From: Curvularia clavata
Lineage: Eukaryota
Assembly (NCBI GenBank): GCA_023920165.1
Contig: CP089275.1
Location: 3,472,001-3,536,000 of the forward strand
Length of the DNA: 64,000 nucleotides
Direction: 5' to 3'
Shown: positions 23,554 to 35,317 of the stretch, piece by piece
Numbering within the stretch: the first letter of the stretch is position 1
Layout of the letters: each line of letters starts with the position of its first letter
Notes under the pieces: generated by a model
Told to the model about the DNA's origin: nothing
Databases searched by the model: none
What the model saw: only the letters and a program-made list of their open reading frames with translations
Program-made: the position numbers and the translations under genes

Positions 23554-24129
23554 TTACGAGCTTGCCAGCTTGCTCAATGCGTCTCCCTCAACCCTTAGCC
23601 CAACCCACTCCTGTTTCCTCTTCGCACCGATGATCTCGCTTTCGTAGAATTGAAGACTCGGCTCATTCCAATCGAGACAGCTCCATTCCAACCTCTTTCC
23701 CCCAACCTTGAGCACCTCTCCCGCAAGTTCTCTCAGAAGCCTCTTTCCATAGCCCTTTCTCCTGTAGGCTTCTTTGACGAATAAGTCCTCGAGGTAGATG
23801 CCAGAGACACCAGTCCATGTACTGAAGTTGAAGAAATAGAGTGCCATGCCAGCCACAGTACCGTCTGGATCCGTGACGAGGAGGGTACGAGCGTAGCCTT
23901 CGGAAAAGGTAGAGGTGGAGGGGTCGTAGTGCGCAAGCGTGCGGCCGAAAATCTCTTCGGTGGCTTCAACCTGATCCGCCGCATTTTCATATTCAGCCAG
24001 TTCGCGGACGAGGCCTAGAATGGTAGGAACGTCTACAGGACGCACATCAGTTTCCGTTCTGTTACTGGGAGGTTAAAAGTAGGTACCTTCGCGACGTGCG
24101 TGGCGAATTGTTGCACTGCTTGACGCCAT
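23554..24129 (-). CDS. GNAT N-acetyltransferase, SSAT/ats1-like (polyamine/diamine acetyltransferase family)
   Basis: IRHARRE/DVPTILGLVRELAEYE, FSTWTG..GIYLEDLFV, acetyl-CoA loop RRKGYG and WSCLDWNEPSLQFY. Intron 24033-24086. Confidence 0.9.
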
Positions 24130-24318
24130 TGTGCAATTGATGGTGGTGGATGCTGCAAACGTCTAGCAAAGTGGCGGGACGTGCTGGGTTTTGTAGCAGC
24201 CAACTATTATACATAGACACGCCCTATGTTGCGTTGCGGGGCTAGCTTGGTAGGTAGCGCAGATCCAAGCTCTCCACTTTTGGTGATCCAGATGCCCCAC
24301 TCGCGACAGCTGCTTCTT

Positions 24319-25617
24319 CTATGTCTGCGTAGCAGCGGCTGCAGCACGCTTCCTTTTCCACTCGTCTAACTCTTTACGCAAGGGGCTGCTTTCAGGAAGG
24401 AATTCAGCGAAAAAGGGGAAGCGCACATACTCTCCGTCGGCATTACGTGGGGATAAATGGGGAGACTTGTTTACGTCGTGTTTCTTTGGTGTTTTTGGAA
24501 TGTGGCCTGCTTTGTCAACACCAGCGAAGAGGTCTGGATCAGTTGGTGCAGAATATATTTTTGGCTTGATGGTCTTGTTGTGCGCGCCCCAGGTGGCTAT
24601 CCAGCGCTTTGTTTCCTCGTTGTAGTCGAGCTTACAGCAGAGCGTGAGGATCCTGGTATAAAGTCGTCGCATGAACTTGGGCGTAATGGTGTGAGGGCGC
24701 TGTATTCCAGCAGGCTTGTCAGCTCTACTAGGCTTGTCCAAGGCTATTGCTTCATCTACTGTGCTGGTGAAGAGTTCATCGGCAACGGCAAGGTCAGGAC
24801 TTTGAACTAGACCGCGCGCTCTGGGTTTGGTGAGGTCAATTGGCCGATCGCCTACCATCATAGCATACACCTTGTCCCACTCATGGTTGGGCAGAGGCGG
24901 AAGCAATCTCGTCATGGTCTCGGCATACCATCGGCCAACGTTGTTGCGTGCCCTTCTGATAGGCATAGGTCGCTCCCATACATTGTTGATGGGCGTCTTC
25001 ATGACGGGGCCCTTGAGCTCACGGTGAATGGAGATGCCTTTCTGGTGCTGTGACTTGAGGACGGCGCGCAATCGGGAGAAGCGGTCCGAGATAGAGATGG
25101 AATAGTGCGTCTTGGAAGCAACTTTTGGGGCATCGAAGTACTGTAGGAAACGTTTGTTACTGAAGTAGAGCTTCTGTAGCGGTGCTGAAGCATTGCTATC
25201 AGGAGATGGCATTGCACCGCCGTCCATGATGCGGTCTGGCTGGAGTAGATCGGCCAACAGTGCGTATTTGCGTCTTCCCAGACGTCCGTATGCAAAGAAA
25301 AGCACCTTCTCTAAACATGGTATTTCACCCTGGTTGGCACGCCGCAGGAAGTTTAGTCCCTTGCGGCCCTTGCGAAGCAGCGGCTGGGTGCGCGATTGTA
25401 TAATGGCTGCATGGCGGCGCTTGAAAGTTTGCTGGCGGCCTCTGTGCAGGGCGTCTATAGCAGCTGAGGCCGTGGCATTCTGTCGCGGCTGGTAGGCCTT
25501 GAAGCGAGCGACAATGTAGCGGCGGAAGTAGGCGCGAGCCGTCGCATCGGGCAGATACGACGCTTCGCGCAGGAGAGCACGCAGCAGATGGAGGGGATGT
25601 TGGTGTGGCGCAGCCAT
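24319..25617 (-). CDS. Fungal protein with an N-terminal LYR-like motif (probably mitochondrial)
   Basis: HLLRALLREASYLPD...YIVARFK N-terminus, YGRLGRRKY and NVWERPMPIRRARN blocks. Single exon. Confidence 0.75.
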   Translation of the reverse strand: MAAPHQHPLHLLRALLREASYLPDATARAYFRRYIVARFKAYQPRQNATASAAIDALHRGRQQTFKRRHAAIIQSRTQPLLRKGRKGLNFLRRANQGEIPCLEKVLFFAYGRLGRRKYALLADLLQPDRIMDGGAMPSPDSNASAPLQKLYFSNKRFLQYFDAPKVASKTHYSISISDRFSRLRAVLKSQHQKGISIHRELKGPVMKTPINNVWERPMPIRRARNNVGRWYAETMTRLLPPLPNHEWDKVYAMMVGDRPIDLTKPRARGLVQSPDLAVADELFTSTVDEAIALDKPSRADKPAGIQRPHTITPKFMRRLYTRILTLCCKLDYNEETKRWIATWGAHNKTIKPKIYSAPTDPDLFAGVDKAGHIPKTPKKHDVNKSPHLSPRNADGEYVRFPFFAEFLPESSPLRKELDEWKRKRAAAAATQT

Positions 25618-25722
25618 GAGAAGGAGGGCAGAGGGAACGACAGTTAGGGCTAGTGAGCAGTGCGGCTGGTGCGGGCGCACGGGACAGGTGCGCGTGATTG
25701 GCCGCCTGCGCACAACCGACAG

Positions 25723-25738
25723 ACGCGTTGGACGCGAA
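25723..25738. promoter_or_regulatory. Tandem MCB/SCB-like elements (ACGCGT, ACGCGAA) upstream of SWI6
   Basis: Seen in the ~390-nt divergent promoter. Function is inferred from known MBF sites. Confidence 0.35.
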
Positions 25739-26003
25739 TCTCCACTTCTCTCCACGACGACGGCCAATTCACTCCCCGCCCACCAGCAGCGCATGCCCAC
25801 GCTGAGCCTCAACACCCTCTGTACTCACGCCCGCTGCCCAGCGCATCACCCGCCCGCTCCATCGAGACGACTGTCGCCATCGCTGGCCCGCCGCCTACGC
25901 CCTCGTCGACAGCCCCTTCCCACCTCGGTCGCTGCTCTCTGCCCCCATGACTGTCGCCTAGGCCGCGCGCACTCACCTCGTCCGCCAGCCCTGCGCTGAC
26001 ATA

Positions 26004-28700
26004 ATGCAAGTCGCGCGCACGTCGCATTCCTTTCCCGCCGGGTCGCCCTCGCAGCAGCAGTCTGCCATGTATGCTAATTCCCCCCACGGCCATGGCCTCA
26101 TGGCTGCCCCCGCCGGCTTCAACCGGTCCTTCTCCGACATGAACGGCTTCCAGCAGCACGCCATGGAGAAGCCCCAGATATACACAGTATGCCCTCCTCT
26201 GCTAACCATTGTCCCTGGTCGCTATTCCATGCTGACCCTTTAGGCCGTCTACTCGGGCGTATCTGTCTACGAAATGGAAGTCAACCGCGTGGCTGTCATG
26301 CGCCGTCGCTCCGACGGCTGGCTTAATGCTACTCAAATTCTCAAGGTCGCCGGCGTTGATAAGGGAAAGCGCACAAAGGTGCTAGAAAAGGAGATCCTCA
26401 CAGGCGAGCACGAGAAGGTCCAGGGAGGTTATGGAAAGTACCAGGGCACCTGGATCAACTACCGCCGCGGAAGAGAATTTTGTCGCCAGTACGGAGTTGA
26501 AGATGTCTTGCGACCGCTTCTTGACTACGATATCAGTGCCGATGGCAACCAGGGGCCGGGCCATGGCATTGAAACGCCAACCAAGGAGCAGGCCATGGCT
26601 GCCAACAGGAAGCGCTTTTACACCCAGAGCATGGATGGCCGCAGCACCAGCCAAAGCGTTGGAGGTACTTTCTTCAGCAACATTTCCTCGACTGCGACAA
26701 GCGCACTCGCGGCCATGAACAAAGTGGCGCGACTCAATTCCCCGGCTCCCCGACCTGCTTCATCGTCTCAGGGGCGCAGAAGCATGGCACGGCAGTCACA
26801 AGCACCTCTCCCCAGCCAAGAATCATTCCGCACAAGCAGCCAACAGAGCATTACCTCGGAACGGAGCTTCAGCGGTCAGAATGGCCAAACAGATTCCGCC
26901 TACGGCACCGGCATCGAGGACCCACAGGAACCGCCAAGGAAGCGCATTCGGGCCTCTCAGGAGGAATCGTTCTCTCAACCTAACGGAGCAGATATGTCCA
27001 TGCGTGATCTGGGCTCGCCAACGGAGCCAAGCGAGAGCTTCTATCAGCAGCAAACGGGCCAACGTATCACTCTTCCCGATGGCGAGGTTCCGACCGCTTT
27101 ACCGCCCTTGCCGCATCCTGATACCAAGCAAAACGAAGAAAAGCAGGCCATGTTGACTGATCTGTTCGCGGATCAGACTAGGTCGGATTTTACAAATCAT
27201 CCCGCTATATTACATCTCTCTGGTGCAGACCTCGACATGCCCATCGACAACACCTCGAACACTGCTCTACATTGGGCGGCAACCTTGGCTCGTGTTTCGC
27301 TCATGCGATTGCTCGTATCCAAAGGCGCAAACATGTTCCGCGGAAACGCGTCTGGTCAGACTCCCTTGATGAGTGCTGTTTCTGTGAACAACAGTTTGGA
27401 TCATAGCTGTTTCCCTGAGACCCTGGAGATCCTTGCACCACTGATCGAGCTGCGTGATTCCCAAGGACGGACGATATTGCATCACATTGCTGTTACGTGT
27501 GCCATAAAAGGGCGTGCAGCTTCCAGCAAATATTACCTTGAGGCTCTGCTTGAGTATCTTGTCCGCAGCAACATTGGTGGCGGCCAAACACCCTCATTTC
27601 ACGATACCGGCAATTACCCTAAGCCCATCGGCCTGATGAGATTTATGCAAGAGATGGTCAATGCGCGTGACAAAGCTGGTAACACTGCTTTGAACCTGGC
27701 AGCAAGGATAGGAAACCGCAACATCATCTCACAGTTGATGGAAGTCCAGGCAGATCCGACCATTCCAAATCACAAAGGTACCAGACCTATCGACTTTGGA
27801 GTCGGTACAGATCTGGGCGACGGAGAAGCTCTCATCACAGCAACCAGCCCTAGCAAGGGCAAGGCGCCGCTGAGTAAAGTTGAAGAAACAAGCCGAGAGA
27901 TACAGCCTTGTAAGTGCACAAATCATGGGAATGTAACGATAAAGCTGACAGAAAGCTCAGTAATGAATGGTATCCTCCAGTCTGCGTCCATGCAGTTTAC
28001 ACAAGAAGCGCGTCTGAAACAAGACGCAATCGACCAGACCAATGAGCTCATCACTCAATTGTCCAGTCAGCAAAAACAAGAGCAACAAAAGCTTGACTCG
28101 CTTCGCGATCGCTTACGCCTACGACAAGACCGTGCCAAGCGGATATCAAACCTCAAACGCTGGTTGGAGCCTCAGCGGCATATGCTCTCAGTCAATGCCG
28201 GCGCCATCGATCTGCATGACAAGAAACGAATCGGCTACGCCGACGCTGAGGGCGCAGGTATGCTCATCAAGGAAGATGACCTTCCTTACGAGCTTCGTCA
28301 AGCGGGAGACCACTTGGACCGGCGTGCCTCAGATGGCCCGATCTATCTATCCACATCAATACCACTGGATCCAGCAACTCTCAATCAGGTATCACATCAA
28401 CCTCAATATCAAAACTTTGTTCTCCAGCAACTTCCCGCCGCATCAGTCCTTCGGCAACGGCTCGAAACCTATACGACTACCAACACTGCCCTCCTGAAGC
28501 GTAGTAGGATGTTGAAAGAAAAAGACGGACAGCTAGAAATGATGTATCGCAAGGTTGTCAGTCTCTGCACTAAGGTGGAAGAGAGCCGAATCGAAGAATG
28601 TCTCGAAGGCTTAGTAGCAGCATTGGACAGTGAGGAAGGTGAAGGCGTGGAAGTTGGTCGTGTCAGAGAATTTTTAAGAAAAGTTGAGGGCGTGGATTAA
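26004..28700 (+). CDS. SWI6: APSES/KilA-N plus ankyrin-repeat G1/S transcription factor (Swi6/Cdc10-type MBF subunit)
   Basis: AVYSGVSVYEMEVN..VMRRRSDGWLNATQILKVAG...EKVQGGYGKYQGTW, ankyrin motifs NTALHWAA and GNTALNLAARIG, C-terminal coiled coil. Introns 26187-26243 and 27910-27960. Confidence 0.88.
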
Positions 28701-29732
28701 ACAGCATGTTGTTGTTCGTCGACCGGTACCGTTCCGGTAGAGCTCCGATCTGGGCTATGCAGTGACTATCCGTTTGTACTTTATATTTTTCTTGGGCAGC
28801 TTGGTGCATGGACGGATTGGCGTTGCATTATGGATACCAGCCCGGCGAGGTTACACGATGATTTCTTTTGGAACATAGCCATTAATTGCAGACAGTGGTA
28901 GTTGTCTCTACACCTACTGCCTTTTGTCATTCCATGCGGCCGTGTCCTTCGGTACCTCGTCCCAAATAGGTTTTGGTACGGTCGTACATATTGTGAGTAC
29001 CAATCTGACGCTCAGTATTCGTCAGCCACACATTTGATAAGCACAAAATGGCTTATATTTACTTATTTCCACCAGTGGAAATTTGGAAATGCCCACTGCA
29101 TGTGAGCTTGCAGCCCGGTGCTTCCGGGACAGTCTAGATGTCGTCATCAACAGTCTTGTATGAGCTACGCACCGCACGAAAAGACATTCAGCCGATGCTC
29201 TGTTCGTAGAGTTGTGCCCGAGTCCTGAGTTCATTCACCAAGTCGGTCATAAGTACGATATCCTACATCAATGCAGTGAACCGCAGTCACTAGGCCAAGT
29301 GGAACACTCGGCCGAGATGGCTTGCATGAGTGGCTTTTGCTTGCGTGACTTAGTGCCAACTCTAATCAACATCACAAAACCTGGTTTAGGAAAGTTACCT
29401 CCTGATACGTACAACGACAATTGCCATCTACGCATCTTTCGAGGGAAAATGCCACAGTATGCTCCCATCAGCAATTCGCATGAGACGGAATGGCGCACGA
29501 CTTGTGTGCTTCTTTTTCTCTCAACATTTCGCAGGATCGGCACCATGTCGATGCATGTCCGAACCAAGTATATATACATATATATATAGTTCCGCCTAGC
29601 AGTTAGTCTCGAGAGCAGGAATCGCTCCATATAGATCTTCAACTAGTAATTCCCTTCTTCACCGCCCGTACATTTCTTTTCCTCAACGACAACTCTGACC
29701 TCAATTAAATTTGCTGACTACAGAGCCTACGA

Positions 29733-32700
29733 ATGACCACCACAAACATGTCGTCAGTGGAGCAGCATCCAGAACAACGAATGGCCGTGCCGGACTACAT
29801 CGATGCAGCACGCGATTCCGTTCCCCGCTCGACATTTGCCATAGTACCACGCTCACCCTCCAATGTCAGCGAAGGATGGAATCACGTCACATTCGAAGAT
29901 GTTGCGCGCGCAGTTGACAAAATGGCGCATTGGATCGAAACGACATGCGGTATCGCGGAACAAATAGGGCAGACATTCGGATATATGGGGTAAGTCACAT
30001 ATCTCTCTGCGCTGCCAATTTAAGCAATAGCTCGCCATACTAATCATAGCTTGGAACAGCGCGAACGACTTGAGATACTTTGTAGTATTTGCTGCGAGTA
30101 TGAAGACAGGCTACATACCGTTATTCACATCACCGAGGAACTCGCTTGATGGTCAAATCTCTCTTGTAGAGAACACAGCATGCACTGTATTTTTAACTAC
30201 CAGTGATACCAAGACGGCCGTGGAAGCCATTCAGAAGGCCGTACCTGGTCTAAAAGTGTATTGTGTGCCTACATCAGATGAGGTATTTGACTACAACCAG
30301 CCTATTAAACGTTATCCTGGCAGACATCGTCGCGATGCTACAGCCCCAACCTTGATTCTACACACCTCTGGCTCAACTGGTAAGTATGAGATTTTCCTTC
30401 AGCCATCACAAAACTGAAAGCACATCGCTGATATTGCTGCAGGGCTTCCTAAACCTATCCGCTTGACAGTGGGCGGGCTGAATACCATGTATGCTCATGG
30501 TCAACTAGGACCAGAAAATGGTACTGAACGCGTTTGCAAAATCTTGTTCACAGATCCGCGGCCCCTAATCGCGCCAGTTCCCTTTTTCCACGCCATGGGT
30601 ATCCTCATAGGCTTACGGCCGATCATGTTCTGGAATCCAATTGTGCAACTGCCAGCTGGCAAATTGCTGAGTGCTGACCTAGTCATCGATGTCATAGAGT
30701 CGGTCCATCCAAAACTGGGTCAATTTTCACCATCGATCATAGAAGACATGGCTGCAACAGAAAGGGGTCTTCAAGCATTGAGCAAACTCGATCATCTGTT
30801 CTTTGGTGGAGCTCCCCTAGCTGAAGAGATTGGGGATAAAGTCTGTCGCCTCACAAAACTCACAAATACCATCGGCAGCACAGAAGTTTTCATGATGGAT
30901 GTACTGCTGCCATCTGTACCAGAAGAATGGGCCTTTTTCAATTTTGGCTCGGCCTCAAATGTCATCATGGAAGCTGCTGAAGATGACACATACGAGGTAA
31001 GTGTGAGTATCGAAGGTGTACAAAAAGTATGGACTGACATGGCTCTCTTTCTCTCTAGATGGTCATTAAACCTAAGGACATAAAATACCAAGCCATTTTT
31101 TACACATTTCCTGGGATCCAGGAGTGGCGTACCAAGGACCTATTCAAACGTCACCCGTCTAAACCTCATCTCTGGAAGTACAGCGGAAGGCGAGATGATG
31201 TCATTGTCCTAAGCAACGGCGAAAAGTTCAACCCCGTACAGATGGAGAAGACCATTGAATCTCATCCTCGGATAAAAGGCGCTCTTGTAGTTGGCCATGG
31301 AAAATTTCAGGCCGGACTTCTCATCGAACCAAACGCGATGCAGGATGCTAACACCGATATTCCGACACTCATCGATGAAATCTGGCCGATTGTCGAAAAA
31401 GCAAATCAGTACGCGCCAGGCCATGCACGTATCTATCGGAGCAAAGTCGCTGTTGTCAGCGATCAGAAAGCATTCATCCGAGCTGCGAAAGGTTCGACCG
31501 TACGTCAGCGAACAGTCGAAGCTTTCGATGAGGAGATTGAAGCCATGTATGCTGATGAGGGTTATGTGAGCGACCCAAGTCAGGATACATTCAGTCTTTC
31601 TGATATGAAGACAAAGATAAACGCTATCTTCTCATGTTCTCTTCCCTCTTTCCACGAAAACACAACCAATGATACTGACATTTTCAGTCTCGGTGTCGAC
31701 TCTCTTGATGTTTTGACACTGACTAAGGCACTCAAAAAAGCAGTACCTGGCGCCAACATTAATCTATCAACAATCTACAAGAATCCTACCGTGAACCGGT
31801 TGGCTACTGCACTGTCACAGGGCACGCATAGCTCAGATGCAGTGCTTGCTGAGCCTCTCACTCGAGAAGAGAAGCTTGCTGCCATGGTCAGGAAATACAC
31901 AAAAGGCATGGTTCGACCAAGCTGGACAAACAAGGCACCTCCAGTGAAACGTCCATCAAAACAAACTTTCATCCTCACTGGCTCCACTGGTGGCCTTGGT
32001 ACCCACATAATAGCGCAGCTGCTCAAAAACCAAGATGTCGAGAAGATATACTGCCTGAACCGTTCGGAAAACGCATATGATCGACAAAAGGAGGCTCTTA
32101 CCAAGTACCACAATGCTGAAGCAGATCTCAGCAAGGCGGAGTTTCTCAAAACAGACTTCAGTATCGAGAAGTTTGGGCTATCTGACGAGAGTTATGCTCG
32201 TCTTCTCGAGGAAGCAACTGTCTTCATCCACAATGCCTGGGCTGTTGATTTCAATCTATCCTTAGAGTCGTATGAGGAAACTCACATCGCTGGTACTTGT
32301 CGCACCGTCAACTTCGCGCTCGAATCTCACCACGATGCGCCTATCGTCTTCATCTCGTCAATTGCCAGTGTCGCGAATTGGGGAAACATCGCACAGGACC
32401 GGTCCGGTGTACCAGAGTCTGTAACTACACTGTTTGACGGCTCCCTCACTTTGCCTCAAGGCTACGCCGAATCCAAGTTTGTAGCCGCCCAGATATTGGC
32501 CACGGCTTCGCATCGTCTCGGTATCAGGACGGCTATTGTGCGGGCAGGTCAGCTTGCAGGGCCAAGTACTGACGCAGGTGGTGCCGCGTGGAACAAACGC
32601 GAGTGGTTGCCAACCATAGTGCATACGAGCAAGATTTTCAAGAAGTTACCACGTAATCTGGGCAATATGGAGCAAGTGGACTGGGTATGTATGGACACCG

Positions 32701-33092
32701 CCGCCGGTACTGTCATCGACATTGCCACCGCCACGTCTTCTGGCCATGAAGCTACAGAAGTGTACAACCTCGTAAACCCACACACGACAACCTGGAGCCG
32801 GCTTTACCCCGTCATTCAGACGTCGTTGCAAGAAACTGGCGTTGACGTTGAGATTGTCGACTATGACGACTGGTTGAATGAGCTCGCAAGCATCCCCCAG
32901 ACTAGGGAAAACGCAGAACGCGTACCAGGACTCAAGTTGCTAGACTTTTACGAGGGTATGCGACCAGATACGGGCATAGGACTACCGAAACTAGATACGA
33001 GAAGGGCCGAAGCTGTAAGCCGGATGTTGCGCGATGGACAGGGTATCGATGAGGCTGTGATGAGGAAGTGGATGACGCAGTGGGCATTTTGA
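29733..33092 (+). CDS. NRPS-like enzyme, A-T-R architecture (carboxylic acid reductase-like)
   Basis: A domain LILHTSGSTGLPKP, WRTKDLF and GRRDDVIVLSNGEK; T domain DIFSLGVDSL; R domain ILTGSTGGLG and GYAESK. Introns 29990-30059, 30380-30442 and 30997-31058. Confidence 0.93.
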
Positions 33093-35317
33093 AGAGAGAA
33101 GACGTGAGATGTATTATGAGAAAAGATTGTGTTGTATCTAGACCTCGTATCGTTCCTAGATTTGCGGGTAGATGAGGAGCCATAATAGAACTTCTAAATA
33201 GTAATGATTGTTGTATGAACAGATAGTATACATCACCAAAAAGTTACATGCCCTGTGTAGTATGGGTTACGATCCGAACTCAGCCGGTCTGGGAGCATTC
33301 AAGACTGTACTTGAAAACATGAATAGCCCTTTTTTTGTACGAGATTACAAATGCTACGTCACTGGCTGCGTCAAAAGAATCAACAAGCTGAGATTCGTGA
33401 GTCCAGTGAGATTTGAATCCAGAGATCAAATAATAATATGCATGCAGGTAACATTGAATGCATTCCAGGCTGTGTTAGAGTATGCTAGTGTCCTCTCTAA
33501 CGCTCGACTTTCGGTAACTTTTGGTCTTCAACACAATATGGCTCCAATTTCCACTCAGTTTAGGCCTGGAGCTACGCTATTCACGCTTCTCACTGCATCT
33601 TAGGTGTCGTGCGGTCTTTTAAATCGTCTGCTGGGCGTATGCTATTCTCATGGATAGACTACTAAAATGTTCAACGAATTGAGAAGAAAGACATCGTAAT
33701 TCATTTCCAGAGATACTTGAAATGCGTATTCCAGTTCAAATGATGACTACGAAGTAGCTCGTTCGTTGAATAATAACGCAGTCGGCAAGCTTGCTTCGAC
33801 CATCCATTAAGAGTCATAGAACATGTCAAGCGACCAGTTGATTAGGCTTTCTGCTTCAAATAAGCTCAAAATTATGTCTATGAGTATGAGACTCATCTCA
33901 TGGCATAATCCGAGATTAATCTCAAAACATCCGGAGGCGATCTGCAAACGAGTAGTCAGGGAGAAATCAGAAGAGCAATTCCTCGTAATATCTTGGGTGA
34001 AAAAGGTGCCTACACACTCCGGAATTGAATCCTATATAAACCCACCCTGGTGGCGTAATAATAAAAGGCGACACATCGACAGGACACGTATCGTGATACA
34101 AACACGCAAGCACTTCTCTACGTGATGCTGACAGGATATGACATCAGGGCACGCTGTAGATTGCGAAATCTATCTTACACGCATAAAGTGCAACAAGCAT
34201 CATGGCGGTCTCGAAGTTCCCAGCCAATCGGACATGTGCTTATCAACACTCTCCCCGCAGGCGCTTACATTACATAACCTTGTTCGGAAGTCTTGGCATT
34301 TCACAACCAAAACTCGTGGCGGAGCATGATGGCAATAGGTCTATTCGTCTTAAATTTTTTCAGTTAGATGTCGGGATTGAATTTTCAAAGCACTCCGCTA
34401 AGCGCGTCTTCTCACGTTGCTCAAAACTTGCGAAAGAATTAATCAATATAAGCCGTAACGAACCAGGTAGCGAGGCATTCTTTGGTACCTACAATGAAAA
34501 CGCTCGGGCTCATCCCGAATCCTGATCTTTTCGGCTCGGCGTGCCTTGCGCTCCGGTCCAGTAGAAAGAGCCCAGCTTACTGAATTCGATTTGTGTAACC
34601 TAAGAGTGATGGAGCACGTGGCATGTTACCGCGCGTCCTGTCTAGGAATCATTTGTATCGGAAATCCAATGTCATGCGAAATGTGCACTCCACTGGAGAG
34701 GTGAAGATGAAGATCAAGCAAAGAGATACGGGGATGCTCACATCATACACGAAAGACATTTGGACGTTAGCACGGGAGTTCGGTTTCACTGACCAGGTGC
34801 CAAGTAGCTTGGTATGTTCTCTAGGATTCAGTAAGTGACAGGCAACAGCTGTCTGTACCACCTGCAAATCCATAGGGCGAATGCTTCGGACGAATTTGTA
34901 TTGGCGTATGTAAGGCACACCGCGGAGGCTTGAGTACGAGGTGAAGTGAGACTTGCTATCATCGCTGTTTGATTGGCATTGCCTTCCGATATCCCGCATT
35001 CGTAAACCATGATGTCCGAGTGCGAGGTCATCTGGGATGTCTGCTGATCAATCAAATAGACTGCAACAATAGTGGATCTGTACGAGAAATGAAAAAAGGA
35101 GATTTCAAAAATCCGTACTGCCAAGCTGGACCCCAAGGCTGAACCCCGCAGCTACTATTAATACGTTTGAATGGTGAGCATATATATAAATGAAAGAAGC
35201 GCAACAGGAAAACACACACCATAAAGCTCAAAAGTTTCTACCAATCTTCAGCAATCATCCATTCACGTAATATACTTCATCGCAATCGCGGTCGGTTGCT
35301 AATTTATTCCTTTCATC

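Noticed and set aside
33200..35200. Protein-like fragments in the spacer after the NRPS-like gene
   Set aside because: Possibly a decayed gene, but no identifiable family, transposase or reverse-transcriptase motif; would need blastx.
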